Positions 25,528 through 39,803 of a DNA stretch of 64,000 bases are shown one piece after another. The position numbers and the translations under genes are program-made. Source of the DNA: Vicugna vicugna (lineage: Eukaryota); the NCBI GenBank assembly GCA_013265495.1, contig MU058844.1:8948184-9012183 (forward strand), in the 5' to 3' direction. The stretch's first letter is position 1. The number at the start of each line of letters is the position of its first letter. Under the pieces are notes generated by a model. It was not told where the DNA came from. It worked only from the letters and a program-made list of their open reading frames with translations, and searched no databases.

Positions 25528-27095
25528 CCAAATTCTGTGTGAGCAATTGAGAATTCTCTGTATTCCTGGTGAAATAATTCCAGTGCAGTCCAAGAACATA
25601 TATGAAAACTGGACAGTAAATAAGTGGAGAATACAGATTTGCCCAGGGTGGAAGTATTCTGTTTGGTCACAAATGGCTAAGAATTTTACCAATTTTTAAG
25701 GAAAAATGAAACAATGTAAACAGTGTACTGTATAGTAGAGCATGTAGGGCAAAACGAAGTTCATAGTCAACGTATAACACTATATGTGGAGTTTTCATGC
25801 CGTAGAATGGACTCACTACTTCTCAACTAGCAATTTTTATGTGTATAACAGTCAGAGCTCTGAAACCTTTTTGAACATTATCATAAAAAACCTGAGCTAT
25901 GTAGGCATCTGGTATCCAGAATGGTAGAGGAGGAAATAACATCATGTCATAAAACTTTAATATGATTTCTGTAAAATCAGGCTGATGACGTATATTTTAA
26001 AACATAAACTTAACATAATGTAATGTCAACATAACATTATTGACTTGTAGAATTTAGAGTTCTAATCAACTAATATTTTTTTCTGTTAAAGGACCAAACA
26101 AAACAAAACAAAACTGAATCCTGAATTTCATACAATTAATATTTGTAACTTAAGCATAAAAGTATGCATAGGCTGTCATCATAATAATGTAAACATTTGT
26201 GAAAAATGTGATTCAAGCAAAAAGAAACCGGAGTGAAAGAGCAGAAAAAATATGAAAAGAAGATAGTGTTTCAAAAATTTCTAATTCGAGTTTTGAAGGC
26301 AGTAATATGCAGGTATGTATGTATATGGATATATATATACACACACATATGTGTATAATTCACATAGTACATGCACATGCATACATATATATACAGACAT
26401 ACATAAGATTTTATGAAATAATGTAAACAATACAACACATCATTATCAAAATATAAGTTAAAGCCAAATCTAGTATTTTTCTTTTGTTATAAATGGAGGC
26501 TTGTGAATTTCAATCTCAATATACTTGATGATGGTGATGATGATGATAATTATTTTGGTCTACAAATGGCCAAAAATCTTGAAGGATCTCAAGGAATTGC
26601 CTTGATTTATTTGGGACACCCTCAATGAATGGATTAATTCTTTAAAAAATGTCTTGAACTTGGAAAAAAGTCTCTGAGGCATTAGAAGTTTTTCTTTTTT
26701 AATTGAAATACTTTAATGCATGATCTCACTGCTAGACTTGATGACACCTGTTGGATTGAGCATCTCATTGGCATGCTACAAAACGCAGTGTTCCCCCTCA
26801 GTTCACCTGCCCTTCATTTCTGTTCTAACTGTACTGTGTGTCTGGCACATCATTTCTCTTCAGTAAGGGTTTGTTGAATAAATGAGTGGGTGAATGAATG
26901 AATGAACAAACACTGCAACCTTGTGCACAGCCAGCTGTGTGTCAGAAATTAGGAGACTCAGAAGCAGGATGTAAAAGTCAACTTAAGAGTTTTGACTATC
27001 TATACAGGGTCATCTTTGCTGCATCCTAAAGAATTAATGATATAAAGACAAGTGTACAGGTTTAGAGGGAGATGCATAAATCTGACTATATATTT

Positions 27096-27142
27096 AGATA
27101 GACAGATACATGATAGGTAGGTAGGTAGGTAGATAGATAGAT
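27096..27142. repeat. Compound (TAGA)/(TAGG) tetranucleotide repeat
   Basis: Read directly. Confidence 0.8.
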
Positions 27143-27304
27143 GGCAGTATATACTTAACTATCTTCCATATGTCATCTGTATGGATTCACTGGGATGTAT
27201 TTCCCGTCTGGGCTGTAAATATCACTCCATCTGGCATGGCTTCTAATTGAATGCTTGCCTAGAAAATTGTTATCCTATAGTGCTATGATGTAAATTGTAT
27301 TGAT

Positions 27305-27421
27305 ATCTCTCTCCTCGCCTTTCCTCCTCCACCTCTTCCTCCTCTTTATTCCTCCGCCTCCTCCTCCTCTCTCTTCTTCCCTTTCTCTCTCTGTCTTTCT
27401 CTGTCTCTCTCTCTCTCTCCT
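27305..27421. repeat. CT-rich polypyrimidine low-complexity tract
   Basis: CCT/CT repeats; accounts for the low-complexity ORFs at 27275-27482. Confidence 0.85.
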
Positions 27422-30400
27422 ATTCTTCATCCTTTTTAAACATCTATCCCTTGAGCATTTATTAGAAACTAATAGCAAATGAGCAGCTCTTTTCAGTGTA
27501 TTCTTTTAACTCCTCCAATTCCTATCACTTTAGTACATTTTTGAGCTTGTTACCCATTACTCATAAAAAATGAAAGAAAAGCTACATTGAATTGCTTGTC
27601 TTGAAGCAGAATATATCTTAACAGTTATTTGTTGTAAACAATTATGTTGAAGGGACATAAAATATGTTTGTGCTTAATATTCCTGACAGGATACGAAATA
27701 GTAGCTCTAAAGTATTTTTGAACTTTTTATAAAACCAAACTGATAACATACATTTCAGAAAGCTTAAGAGTAATTATTCCCAGAGGTAGAAGGGTGTATT
27801 GTATGATTTCTGAGAATCTGTGTAAGTCTATTAAAAACAAGTGTCTGGCTTTATTTTACCCATTTTTTAAAAGTGTAATTTAGTTATTCTTTTACTTTTT
27901 CATATTCAGTTTCTGTAAAAATTCAAGTGGTTGAGATAGTTGGTATTAAACCTTTTAGAGTTCATGTTGTTAATTTACTTCTCTTTGGTAGAAGATACAT
28001 TATGAGATATTTTGGGCAGTGGTCTGTGTCTAGCAATTGAAATAGACATATTATTTACCCTTCCTGTGGTAGAGTAGACACCATTGATTGCCTAGAAACC
28101 AATGATTGCTACCATTAGCATATTAAATTGTGTTTTACGTGGTAATGTTGCACTTCATTTTACTTTTAAGTTAATACTTAAATAGTCTAATTATAAGTGA
28201 AAAGCACCCAAACCAAATATGAAATTTCTTGACAGGCCATAATAATCTTGGAATTTGGAAAGCTAACCAAAAGAATAAGAATATCACTCTGCATCTCTAT
28301 ACTTCATACATGTTTTTAAACACAAGTACATTCTAATTTTACTTGATTTCATAGGAATAGGGTGTTGACTAGATTAACTCTCTTTACTAAATTCACTTGA
28401 GAAAATGTTTATAAATAAAAAAAAAAAACACCTAGCACAGTTCCCTCTTATGCCCTGAAATGTTTTCACCGTATTTCCCCCACCAATCTTTGCCATCTCA
28501 TATCTTTGCACACATGGATTCTTCTCTTTGGAAAGTCTTCTACCTTCTACTTTGGCCAAAATCTCTCTAATACATCCCTTGAATTGCTGCTTTTCAGATG
28601 AACTCACTTAGTCTCCTTTAGATTAAGTTAGTCATTAGCATTTATTAAATTGCATTTCAGCTATCTTGCTAGTTAACTACCTCTTATTAGTTGATATTTC
28701 TTCCACAAAATTTAAAGTTCCCTGAAGACAGATGTTATAATTTTTTTATAATTATGCCTCTAGGGACTGGAAACAGTCTCAGGCCTCTATAACCACAATG
28801 GACAAGTCAAGATTCTATATCCTCAGCAATTTTTGGACCTGGACACCATCTTCAGTACTGCTACCAGGCAGAGAGAGAAAGCTGAGTTGTCTCCAAGTAG
28901 ACCTCAGAACAATAAAATAATGTCATTGTCATAAAAGCCTACATAGAAAAAAAAGTTTGGGGAAGAATGTATACTTTGGCAATTTCAACAATGTTTAGAA
29001 TAAAACAGTGTACTTAAAATAATTATATATTAATATTTGTTCTTCATCCTGCTTCTTTCAACATTAATTCATACTGGTTCCTCCCCTCCACAAACGAAAT
29101 ACAAAAAAGAAAGACATGTGTTTTTATTGGCCAAAAAGCTTTAGATTTCCTAGCTAACATAGTTTGTTGGGTGATGCAAATTTAGCAAATATGTGAGATA
29201 ATACCAGGAATATTGGTGTTATATCAGAAATATTTGATTTATTGGCTCCTCTACAATGATAATATGAAATATGGAAGTTGTTTGTTTAAATTATGTCAGA
29301 ACCAATTTATGAGTAAGCATAAAAATGTTTAGAGATTATATTTGTACCATAATGATCTATTTGGCAAACAAAAATTTTCTTTAGAATTTGGGTTCCCAAG
29401 AAGCTTTAGGTTTATTTTTGAGATGCTATTTCTACTCACAACTCCTGGGGAGCTTGAGTTACATGGCTCTGTCAATCACAAGAGGAATATCCCCATATTT
29501 GTCTGCAAAGGGGAAGATCCCAACATTTATCTTAAGGGGCAGAACCAAGATTTTTTATATACATCACTGATCACTACATTTGGTATGAATATATAGTTAT
29601 TTTATTTGAGAATCAGTGGAATAAATCCCACGTGGGCTAAGAAATCAGAAGGGAAAAATGATTGAGTTGAAAAAGTACAAATGACTAATAATTTAAGTTT
29701 TAAGAACTCATCACCATCATTATATTTTTATAGTCTTCATGTTCAAAGCATGTGATTCCTGGTTCTTGATTGTCATCTTAGATACATTCACAAAGACACC
29801 ACTTTTGCTTTGTTTTAATCTCTGTCCTAAAATCTCTGCCTTTGAACCACGTGTAAATGGAACATTTATTTTTACCTCTAAAAAGTGTAAAGTCATCTGA
29901 ATATGATCTTTTATAGAGACTGAATAGTTTGTTTTAAAGACAGAAAATGAACATGCTTTGCAACACAGCCTAAATATTTATAATCAGTATTTTTGGATCA
30001 TGATTCAAAAATATTCATATATCTAAAATATGTTTTATTGTTTTCTATACATGTGAGATAAAGTTGTAATTACTTAAATGAATGGAACTTTTTAAAGCAT
30101 TGATTGTGAAACGATGTTTTTGAGATAAGATGGGAGAAATAAGAAAATAATGATTACATTCATATTCATGATATTCTTTAAGAATTCAGAAAAGTAACAA
30201 TAATTATTGCATTTTATTTGATAATAGTTCTATCATTATATAGCCTACTGAATTATATGCCTTGCTACAGAATGGCCTAACCAGCTATAATATGATTTGA
30301 TCTGTATATTAAAAAAAGAACTGCTTACTTAAAAAAAAGGCTTTGTGAAAAATGTAAAATCCTGTTGAAAAGACTGGGAGTAACAAAGAGATTTAGAAAC

Positions 30401-30459
30401 ATACAGAAACAATAGTGGTGGAACAATAATTTGTTACTAAATACAGCTTTAAACAGTAT

Positions 30460-30944
30460 AGGAAACATGCTTCAGGTTAGTCAGAAGAGGTCCTCTGAAT
30501 TACACTGTGCCTGCTTCCCTGAAATGAAACTGTATGTTATTGGTTAACCAGGATATTTAGCATAATCACTCTGCTAGACTATGGTGGAGGGAGGTGATTA
30601 TCACTGAGAACAGATGGGCAGGTCCACAGCACTGCCAGATTCTGCACAAGCTCCATTTATTGTTGGTTCTTGCTTTTTTCCTTCGGTGTTTTAATTTTTT
30701 TTTTAAACACTGTATGTTCTAAAGAACTAGCTGTACAAAAGGCCAGTAGCTGATGACCTTTCAGCTTAGATTTCAAACGCAGAAGAAAAATTCAAAATGC
30801 TGTCACTGTGTATCTAAGAAGGATGGGGCAGATTTCATTTTACCCTCTAGCCTCCCTCAATGCATGCACGGATTTATCTGTACGCTAAGCTCTCTGCTCT
30901 GCATCTGTAGCTCCTTGTGGATTATATTGTCTCTCTGATCAGAA
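30460..30944 (+). promoter_or_regulatory. Putative internal promoter and 5' UTR of the alternative first exon
   Basis: Repeat-free block just upstream of the ATG, with inverted CCAAT (ATTGG 30539-30543), palindrome TGGTTAACCA (30541-30550), GGAGGGAGG, CAGATG and several upstream ATGs. The TSS cannot be fixed from sequence. Confidence 0.55.
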
Positions 30945-31025
30945 ATGATTTTCTCGGATATGAACACCGTTTCTGGCTCCCCTAAAGTGCATCCTCCTAA
31001 TGGGACCCGGTTTTACACTTTTCAA
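30945..31025 (+). CDS. PPFIA2: Coding part of an alternative first exon of liprin-alpha-2 (27 codons, MIFSDMNTVSGSPKVHPPNGTRFYTFQ)
   Basis: ATG at 30945 (gaaATGa, purine at -3), 27 open codons, then CAA|GTAAGT donor at 31026 in phase 0; locally CpG-retaining. The peptide matches my recollection of the N-terminus of a shorter PPFIA2 isoform that continues EFAALTKELN. Identity is from memory, not a search. Too short for the ORF track. Confidence 0.85.
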
Positions 31026-33630
31026 GTAAGTGTGCTTTAAATGACTTCACTACTTAGGAAGTTAATATATAGTCAAACTTTTAATAAAGAGAAAAATAAG
31101 GCAAGGGAAACTGCAAAGTGTGAAAGTATTAAAGAAGATGTAAGATATAGATAATGTGCATGCCAGTTTAAACTGTTTTTTAAATATGGAAATGAGATGG
31201 CATTAAGATTCTCTGTGAATTCAAGCAAAGTAATAGTGAACCCTTAATTTTCACAAGGATTTTTAAATCTGCTACATCTTTGAGGGTTTATGGGCTATGT
31301 CTCCTGCAATTATTATTTATGGCTGTATTATGATGAAAATTATAGAGTTAATTCCTTTACATACCACAGAGAGGGTAGAATTAAGACATTTTATAGAACT
31401 TTGCAAACTATGTTCTCTGGGCTTAGAAAAATGTTTTGTATTTCATATACACAGCTTAACATAAGTCCTGTTATTTTATTATGTTTGCAATGTACAAGCA
31501 ATCAATAATACAGGAGCTTAAGTACCATGTTTAATATGCTTTTCAATTTGAGGTAAAGTAGAAACTCATTAAGATGGAAGATTTTCTGTGTTATCAAAAA
31601 GTCAAAGTGATTTACAATATAAATGTAAATGTGAGTTACAAAGCTGTTAGCTACTAAATGTATTTCAATTGCCTGTGAATAAATCAGTCATCAATCTAGA
31701 AAATAGTTAAGTCTAAAGTAAATCATATTCTACTTCATTTTTATCATCAAATTGCATCTTTCAGTACTAAGGTTTACTCTGTAATTCAGTTGTATCATCA
31801 TTAGATGAAAAGGGAAAATGAATGTCTTCTTTTTGTATATTTTACACTATGGAAATATAAACAGCCTGGCATTTAATTATTTTAGCTATATAGTTATAAT
31901 GTTCTGAAAAAATAAATGTAAAGACCTAGAGAAGTAATATAGTAGAGGTAGTATGAATTCTTTAAAAAAGGAGCTCTGAATAAATGCACATCTGATTGAT
32001 TAAAGTCTCTTGCCTTTGCAAACTATACCAGTAGATATAATTACTCTCTCTCTCTCTCTCCCCCTTCTTATACTTCTATTTTTAATCCTGTTGCCTCTCC
32101 TACTTTACACTGATGTCTACTGATAGTGCAAGTCTGTGCTGTTACAGAATATATTCACTTCCCAGTGGCGATCTGCTTATTGTGGCAGTGACTCAAAATG
32201 CAATTGCCCTGGGGCTTTCTACAGAATTATTACTCTTTTTTTTCTTCTTCTTCATACGCTGAGATATAAACACTCTTTACAATATCCTGTAGCTGCCTCT
32301 TAGGGGCAGCTTTTGGCATTGGGTATTCTGCTTCCATCTCTTAAAGTTTAAGGGTCAGTAAATTCCATATGCTCAGTCATGACAGAGCCTCAAAACAGAG
32401 GCTTTTTACAATTCTTTCAGTAGATCTTGCTGACACATTTCTTGGCAGGTGATTTTCTTTGAATACACACTGGAATGATTTTTTAAACACTTTTTTTGTT
32501 GTTGAAGTCATAACAATTCATGTAAAAACCCCAGAATTTCAGATAAAATAGAAATGTTGGCAAATATGAACTCTATTCTCCTACATTTTTAATCTTACAA
32601 GATGATGTTTGATCCTGACATTTATGAAAACAGGCAATGTGCATTTAACTTTTTGTTTCTGTTATTTGTTTTTGCATTTGGTAGAAGAGAAGGAAAAAAG
32701 AAAGATGGTTTTAAAGCCTAAAGGTAAAGGTTTATAAAAGTTGACTCTTTGCTTTTATTTTCAAAAGACAAAATTGAACATGATTTTTTTATTTATATAC
32801 ATTAACCTATTTTAAGGCAGTATGCTATCTTTGTTTGAAAATACTGTTATGAGAAGTGAGATGCTGTAAAAGTAGCAGACCATTTGTCAAAAATGTATCT
32901 TGTAGAAATGATTAGTTAAATTTTCAAAAATGATTCTCATTATGGAATGGCGTAAATGCATTTCTGAAATGATTCTGCATCAAGTAATTGAGATTTTAAT
33001 GTTTACTTTCTCAAATTTATTCTAGCACAAGAGTTAACATATGCAGAATATATAAGATAGCTTAGCATGAATAATACTGAGTTTCAGTTCCATCTTCTCA
33101 TCAAATGTTCAAACTACCCTGTCATTTTTGCTGAAATTGTATGTTATCAAATTTTAAGAGTAAGACTTAGAATATATTTGACCTAAACAGTTTAGAGGTA
33201 AAAAGGCAACACATAAGAACCTGAAGGATATTCCAATAATGAGACTTCTTTTTTTACTGCATTTTAGTTTAGCCAAATACATCCATACTTCTACACACAC
33301 ATGCAAATACTGTTTTGTATAGACTACATAACATTTCATTTAAATTAATTTCCTTATGAGTGAAATCTCATTTCTATGTATGATGAATATACTTGTGTCT
33401 GCATTTTTCTATTCAGAGATTCCTGGACCCTGAATGATGCCAACATCCAATTTGCACAATATATTTAGTGAATAATTTATCACCAAAAAATAATTCTGGA
33501 GTATAGTTCCCTACAATGCTTTTGATTGACAAAAATTAAAATTAATTATAGTAGTTATATGCATTAGAACTGCCAATTTATGGGACTCAAATGTGTACAA
33601 ACAGGAAACCTACTTTAAAACAGCATTAAA

Positions 33631-33680
33631 TCATATATATATATGTATATATATATATACATATATATATGTATCTATAT
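33631..33680. repeat. Imperfect (TA)n repeat
   Basis: Read directly. Confidence 0.85.
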
Positions 33681-34110
33681 GAATGAAGTAAATTATTTTC
33701 AATTTTAGTCACATAAAAATGATGTCCCAACATCATTTCACATTTAGCTGTATGTTTTGCAAATAAAACTATCTTATATGCTTTACAAAACCTCTCGATT
33801 AGCTAATCATGACTTAATGTGTTAACCCTCCCAGAGGTATTAATGACTAACACACTACTAACCCCCTCATTTCCTGGAGATTAAATATCTTTACCTGGTA
33901 GTTTCCAAATTATCTACACAATCCTAAGGTTTCATGGGAGTTTATTAGTATTGCTAGAGACAGTAGGGAAGAGGACTACAATCTTTAGAGGTTCTTCATA
34001 TTTCTTTTTTCTGCATTTACCTGTGTTAGCCACTGGAGCTCTATGCAAGCTTTCATGAACAACAGTAAGGTAGCATTCTACTATCAAGAACAAAACAAGC
34101 GTAGTTTGCA

Positions 34111-34199
34111 GGGGGCTGGGTATAGCTAGTGGTAGACTGTATGCTTAGCATGCACAATGTCCTGGGTTTAATCCCCAGTACCTCCATTAAAAAAAAAAA
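34111..34199 (+). mobile_element. Short camelid Vic-1-type SINE
   Basis: GGGTATAGCTAGTGGTAGA...CTTAGCATGCAC...CCTGGGTTTAATCCCCAGTACCTCC then poly(A); same family as the copy at 19073-19232. Confidence 0.85.
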
Positions 34200-37100
34200 G
34201 TGGCTTGTAAATCACCTCCTTAGAGCAAACAAATTTGTTTCTGACAGGAGCAATTTTATCTATTGAACCCACGGAGGAATTACTTCTCCTTAGAATACAT
34301 TTCTTTGCCATTTGATCCTAGCATTGGTAGCATTAACTGCCAACACTGTATGTAAAAGTCACTGACTCTGTTGTTACGTGGTACCCACTGAAAACAAGAG
34401 AAAGACACTTGGTCACAAAGTATGGAAACACAATCAGCTGCCATTTCCATAGTTAAAATACTTAGTGTATCCCCTGTCCTTAAAGGATAAAATTCATTTC
34501 CTTAGCCTGTCGTTAAAAAAAAAAAAAAGGAATTCCTGGTCTGGAGCTCATGCAAAATAAGGCTTTACCTGCTTTCTCAGAAAGTTTCCCAGAAGTGTCC
34601 TTATGTTGTCTGCCTCTTCCCTGAACCTGCCCATTGGAAAATTCTTTTTACTTAAAGACGTCTCAAATGCCACCTCCCCCATGAAGCCTTCACTCTTTCA
34701 CCTGATTCCTGCATGCTGCATTAAGTGCCTTTCCTTTGATCCTTTGCCTGTTTGTACCACTATGAAAGCACTTATGCTTTGTTTAATCCCCAAGAACATT
34801 TTACCAGTCTGCGTCCCTAGCAAATGGATACTGCTAATGTCTCTGTCTGGGGGCATGTATTTGGAAGGTAAATGATTAAAATACGAAAATTCACATTATT
34901 TTAATTTTAACTATGTAAGCTGTTGGTGAGGTATAACTATACCTGAGAAAATAAAGACATATAAAGGTAAATTTGTTTAATACTAAGCCTTTGCATACAA
35001 CTGTTGAATTCTTCCAAATAGGTAACAGTTACATGAATAATCTCAGAAAAGCTTTAATTTTATTTTTTTAAAAATAGATTTCTATGACAGCTAAACAAAA
35101 CCTTTTTGAGACTTTCTTTTTACCACTTAACTCTTCTGTATTAATTGGAGCTTTTCATGTTTTATCAAGAGAACTTTAAAATTTGATTAATATCTAATTT
35201 TTCATTTAGCAGATACTATTACTTGAAACATATACAAGACTAATAGGCAAGTTGGAAATCTCAATTGTATGAAGACTCTCACTTAAAAGATATTACTGAT
35301 AAATAAGATGGGGCACCATATCTTTGTGATCATATGAGGTTGAGGTAATTTTGGCTTTTCAGAAAAAAAACCCTGATTTTTTTATATTCTATCGTTTTGT
35401 TACTATTTGGGAATTCACCATTATTTTTCTATTATTTGGAGCATATTATAACTTTTTACTGTTGATATTTTTTAAATGCAGTGCCTATTTCTATCAGAAT
35501 GCTTGGCACATGTTACACATTTAAAAAAGAAAGAATGAAAGCAAAGTAGTCCAATAGAGATAGGAAAGACAGACCTCTTGGCTCCAGGGTGACATAGTAA
35601 TACAGGCAGACATTCCCACATTAATGAGAGAATTGAGGTTTTTCTCCATCACCCAATCGTGTGCAGTACTGATTATGATTGTGAGGGGTAGAGGTAACAC
35701 AAGAAGTGTTTCAAGCAGGTAGACTGACATGCTTAAAGGCAGTTAGTGGTGTGTGGAAAAGGCAGACTTTAGTGTAACTGGAACATAAGCTGGGGACAGG
35801 AAATGGCTAATAGTCAGTGTGTAAACTCTAGAATATAAACATATGTTTGAATGTCAAGTCCAGATGCTCAGGAACTTGAACTTAGGATCAAGGATTTTCA
35901 GTGAGGAGTGACCAGCTTTCAACTTGCTGTTTCTTTAGAACACTGGGTTGTGCCTTGGCTGGTTAATAGGACAGAGAGAACTATTTAGTGGTTTTCCAAA
36001 AGCTCCAGTTGAAGTATCATGATTTCCCTGCTTTACAGATAAAAAAAACTGGTCCTCAAAACATATATTCAAATAGTTGTTAATAATACAGGGTGTAAGT
36101 AATGTAATTTCTGTCTGAAACTTGGGATTATGGAACCCCAAATTCCATATTCTTACAGTATGGGTAGGGAAAACTATGGAAGTGGATAAAATGACCTTGG
36201 CAAAGAATGAGGAAAGTGGGGGAGTAGGGCTGGGCAGGAAATCCTTGGACACATTGACTTACAGAATTATTATATTTGGAGTATGTGTGCTTGGTTTATT
36301 GTGCAAACACATTTTGGAAGCTTTTTCCTAATCACCTCTCCTCGAATATCACCTCTGAATCTAATTCAGTTTAGATGTTCCTAACTCTTTATGGCTGTCT
36401 TTGTTTTATTTTGTAAATGCATTTTGGAAGGTTAACATTTCCTTTTAACTCCCTCCTTGATTATCATCCCTGAACCTTAATTCAAGTTAAACCCTCCTTC
36501 CTTACACTGTCACAAAGTAATTGATGTATGTCTATTGTATTATTTATTATATCATTTTTAGTTTTTCAATTCTCCCTCTTCACCACTAGTCTGTGAACTC
36601 CTGAAGAGCGTACAGTTTATTTTACTTAACTACTCGTATTTGTTTATTGACACTTAGCCTAATGCTTGCTTATAGACGGTGTCTTTTTAGTTTTCCTTTT
36701 CTTCTGCCCATGTTGTCTCCTGCACATACAGATGCACTCATTCAATGCAACCTTATGATGATGGCGATCATGAAGAGGAAATAATTCTGCTTCTGCTAAG
36801 AGGCTTTTATAAACAGGCTGGTTCCTGAACTAGCATGGTATTCTGAAAAGAGTCATGACTGATTTGCTTTACTAAATTTTAAATAGTCAACATTTACTCT
36901 TTTTTAATGCAAAGAAAAAATAATTTTGCATAACCAGAAAGAAACTACATATTTCCTTTGACCCAGAACATATGTATCAATAGAGGGCAGAGAAAGCTTG
37001 AGAAATCAAGAATAGTGAGGCTGAAGCAAGAGCTGCAACATTGGCCTTGGAAGGAAAAATGCTTCATCTTCTAGGAAAAAAAAATTCAAAGAGCGAAGAT

Positions 37101-39619
37101 GGATCAAGAGATAGAAAGATGGCTGTGTCCAGGTTAAGAGGTATCAAGTAGCAATGAGAGTTGAGCTGGTGTTGGAAGCATAGATTTGGATCAGTCTTAA
37201 GAAGTGAGTTTCTGTATTAATCTCCCTAAATGGAAATTGGAATGGGAATAAATGTTGGCAAATGTGACAAAAAAAAATCATGGAAGCAAGGAATCAAAAG
37301 TGCTAATGAGAATTAGGTTGAACATCTGAATATGGGTCAGTCTTTAGTCCTAATGAACACAGAAAGTAATATTTTTGATTAAAATTATATTTTACTTTTT
37401 TAAAAAAGGGAGAAAGAGAAACTCATTAGAAAATTACTCTTAATGCTTCTATAATATGATGTTATAGATATAAATTCCAAGAAAATGTATTTTATTTAAC
37501 AGTGATTCCCAGAACATTTCATCATGCCTGGCATACAGTAAGCTCTACAAAAATATGTGTAGAATGAATAGCTGTTTTTAATAATATAAATTTAAACTTT
37601 TCTTAACCTCATGAAATATGATAACTGAAATCAAATTTAATACAACTTGTACTTGTAGGTAATTACCAAATTTATTTTAATATTTTGCCTGCATGTAATA
37701 TTAAATGTCAGGATACAGCATGTATTTAGGGAAATATGAACACATCAAACATTGTAAGTAATGGTAAGGGTGTAGTCATAGCTTATTATAAGCTAAATCA
37801 AAGGACAGTTTGTGCCTTTGTGGGGATAGGTCAACTTGCAATCATTCATATAGAATGCCTACAGACTAATTGTCTAGAAAATTGTCCTGGATTTTCACAT
37901 TGCATTAATCTAACTCCATTTAATATAGCCTGTTAGTGTATCACCTTTTCCAAAAATATAGAGAGACATCTTTAATATGGACTGCTGCCAACATAATTTA
38001 CTAAATGAAAAATAGGTGTGAAGAAAAGATGGAAAATATTGTGGACATTATGTAGCCCAGGGAAGGGAATATGGAAGAGAGACAATTTCTCCCACTGAAA
38101 AGAAATGTTCTTTTGGTTTGAATACACTGTAATCGTTCAGCATATGTGGTGAGAAACCTGCAGGAATACATGCGTCTGAAGAAAAACTGAAGAGGTTTCA
38201 GTTGGATATAGAAAAAGAATCTATGACTATTGGAGTGATAAAACACTGAAGTGGGAAGTCATTAAATATATCTCAATGGAACTTTTATATTGGGGATTTT
38301 CAAGACAAGGCAGAGTGCAAAATGCAAAGTGCAGATGAGATAGATTTGCATCTCATATCTGCAGCTTGAAATGTTCATATGGTGATAAATGCTAAGGAGA
38401 AATACAGAGCACAGAAAGTGGATGGGGAACATTGGGCAGGGAAGGCATTTGAGTGAAGACCTGGAGGAGTCAGAACAGCTTTGGGTCTCTGTACTAGAAC
38501 AAATCTCTTCACAGTGCTGTCACCAGACAGGTTAACTCTACCTACATCCCTCTATTAAGAGTTGAATTCAAGAGAAAGTCTGGTTGGCCCAACCTGGACC
38601 TTATGTTATCATAAATGTGCCATCCTCTACTTGCCTACTGCCTGGCTTGCTCAACCTCTGTCCCAGCTCCTTCCCCCTTACTATAATGCGATGCATAACA
38701 GACAGACTGTGCTGCTCAGATTTTGCCTTCCTTTGAAACAGGAGAAAGTATCCATTTCATCTTTATATTCATCACTGCTCCTAGAGCTTCCTTTTCCCAT
38801 TTTCTGCTTTTTATGCCCCAAACTCTCACTCATTCTTTCAAACCCAGTGCAATATATGTCTCTCATGAATATGTCACACTTCCCAGTTAAGTTCACCATC
38901 CTCCTTGTTGAGATCCCATTAAATGTTGTGCTTACCTCTATCCTAATAATTATCACCAATCTAATTTAAATAGGCATGTCTGATTTCCCATTAAGGGCAC
39001 AATATATATTTGTTAGGCAAATGAATTGTGAGTGCTCCATAAATGTCTGAATATATAAAGGATACATGTGATTATCCCCAAAATCACAAGGTTCCTTTTA
39101 TACCAAGCTTTATGTTGAGAATACGTCAATCAAACTGGACATTGTGACTACAGAATATAAATTATACAACAGAAGGTAGTTGATTAACCCCATTATCTTG
39201 CCTGTGTGTGTGTGTGTGTGTTATTGTTGATGTTGTTTTCTTTGTTTATTCGGTGGAGGGAAGTTACAATTAAGGAAATGATTTTTATAAGAATTTTGAA
39301 AGCAAACATTTAAAGCATTCCTAATTTTTAAATAAATATATTTATTCTTAATAGCCACTAAATGATATCAGGAGCTGTACATGTCACTTGAACTCCATAT
39401 AACACTTAGATATTTCCATTTCAATCTCTTTGACACTCTGCGTTACAACGCCGTATGAATCAGCTTTGATTTTCTTTCAGTATCTAATGTTTTCCTAAGG
39501 TTATCAGTATTGAATATTAAATCCTCAACCTATAGGGATATCATACAGCAGTTTGAAGTCAGACAGACCTGAGTATTAATCATTTTATTTTATCCTTTCT
39601 CTCTGGTGAATCACAATAA

Positions 39620-39803
39620 AAGATCCTTAGAATTGTTATATGAATTGTCATACTTCAGAATACGTAACTATCCAGAAATGCAAGCTACCATATACCACCC
39701 TCAGACGTGAATCAGAAAATCTGGTGAGGGCCAAGGAATCTCCATTTTTAAGCAGGATTCCAGGTGACATCTGTGCAGAAATGTCACAAATTGAGAAACA
39801 GTA
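39620..39803. mobile_element. MER5-like hAT MITE
   Basis: GAATCAGAAAATCTGG...GGGCCAAGGAATCTCCATTTTTAAGCAG...CCAGGTGA...TTGAGAAACA. Confidence 0.6.

Noticed and set aside
34111..34190. tRNA gene (also 19155-19232)
   Set aside because: Pol III boxes are present but there is no intact cloverleaf; A-rich tails, and a TSD on the 19-kb copy, indicate SINEs.
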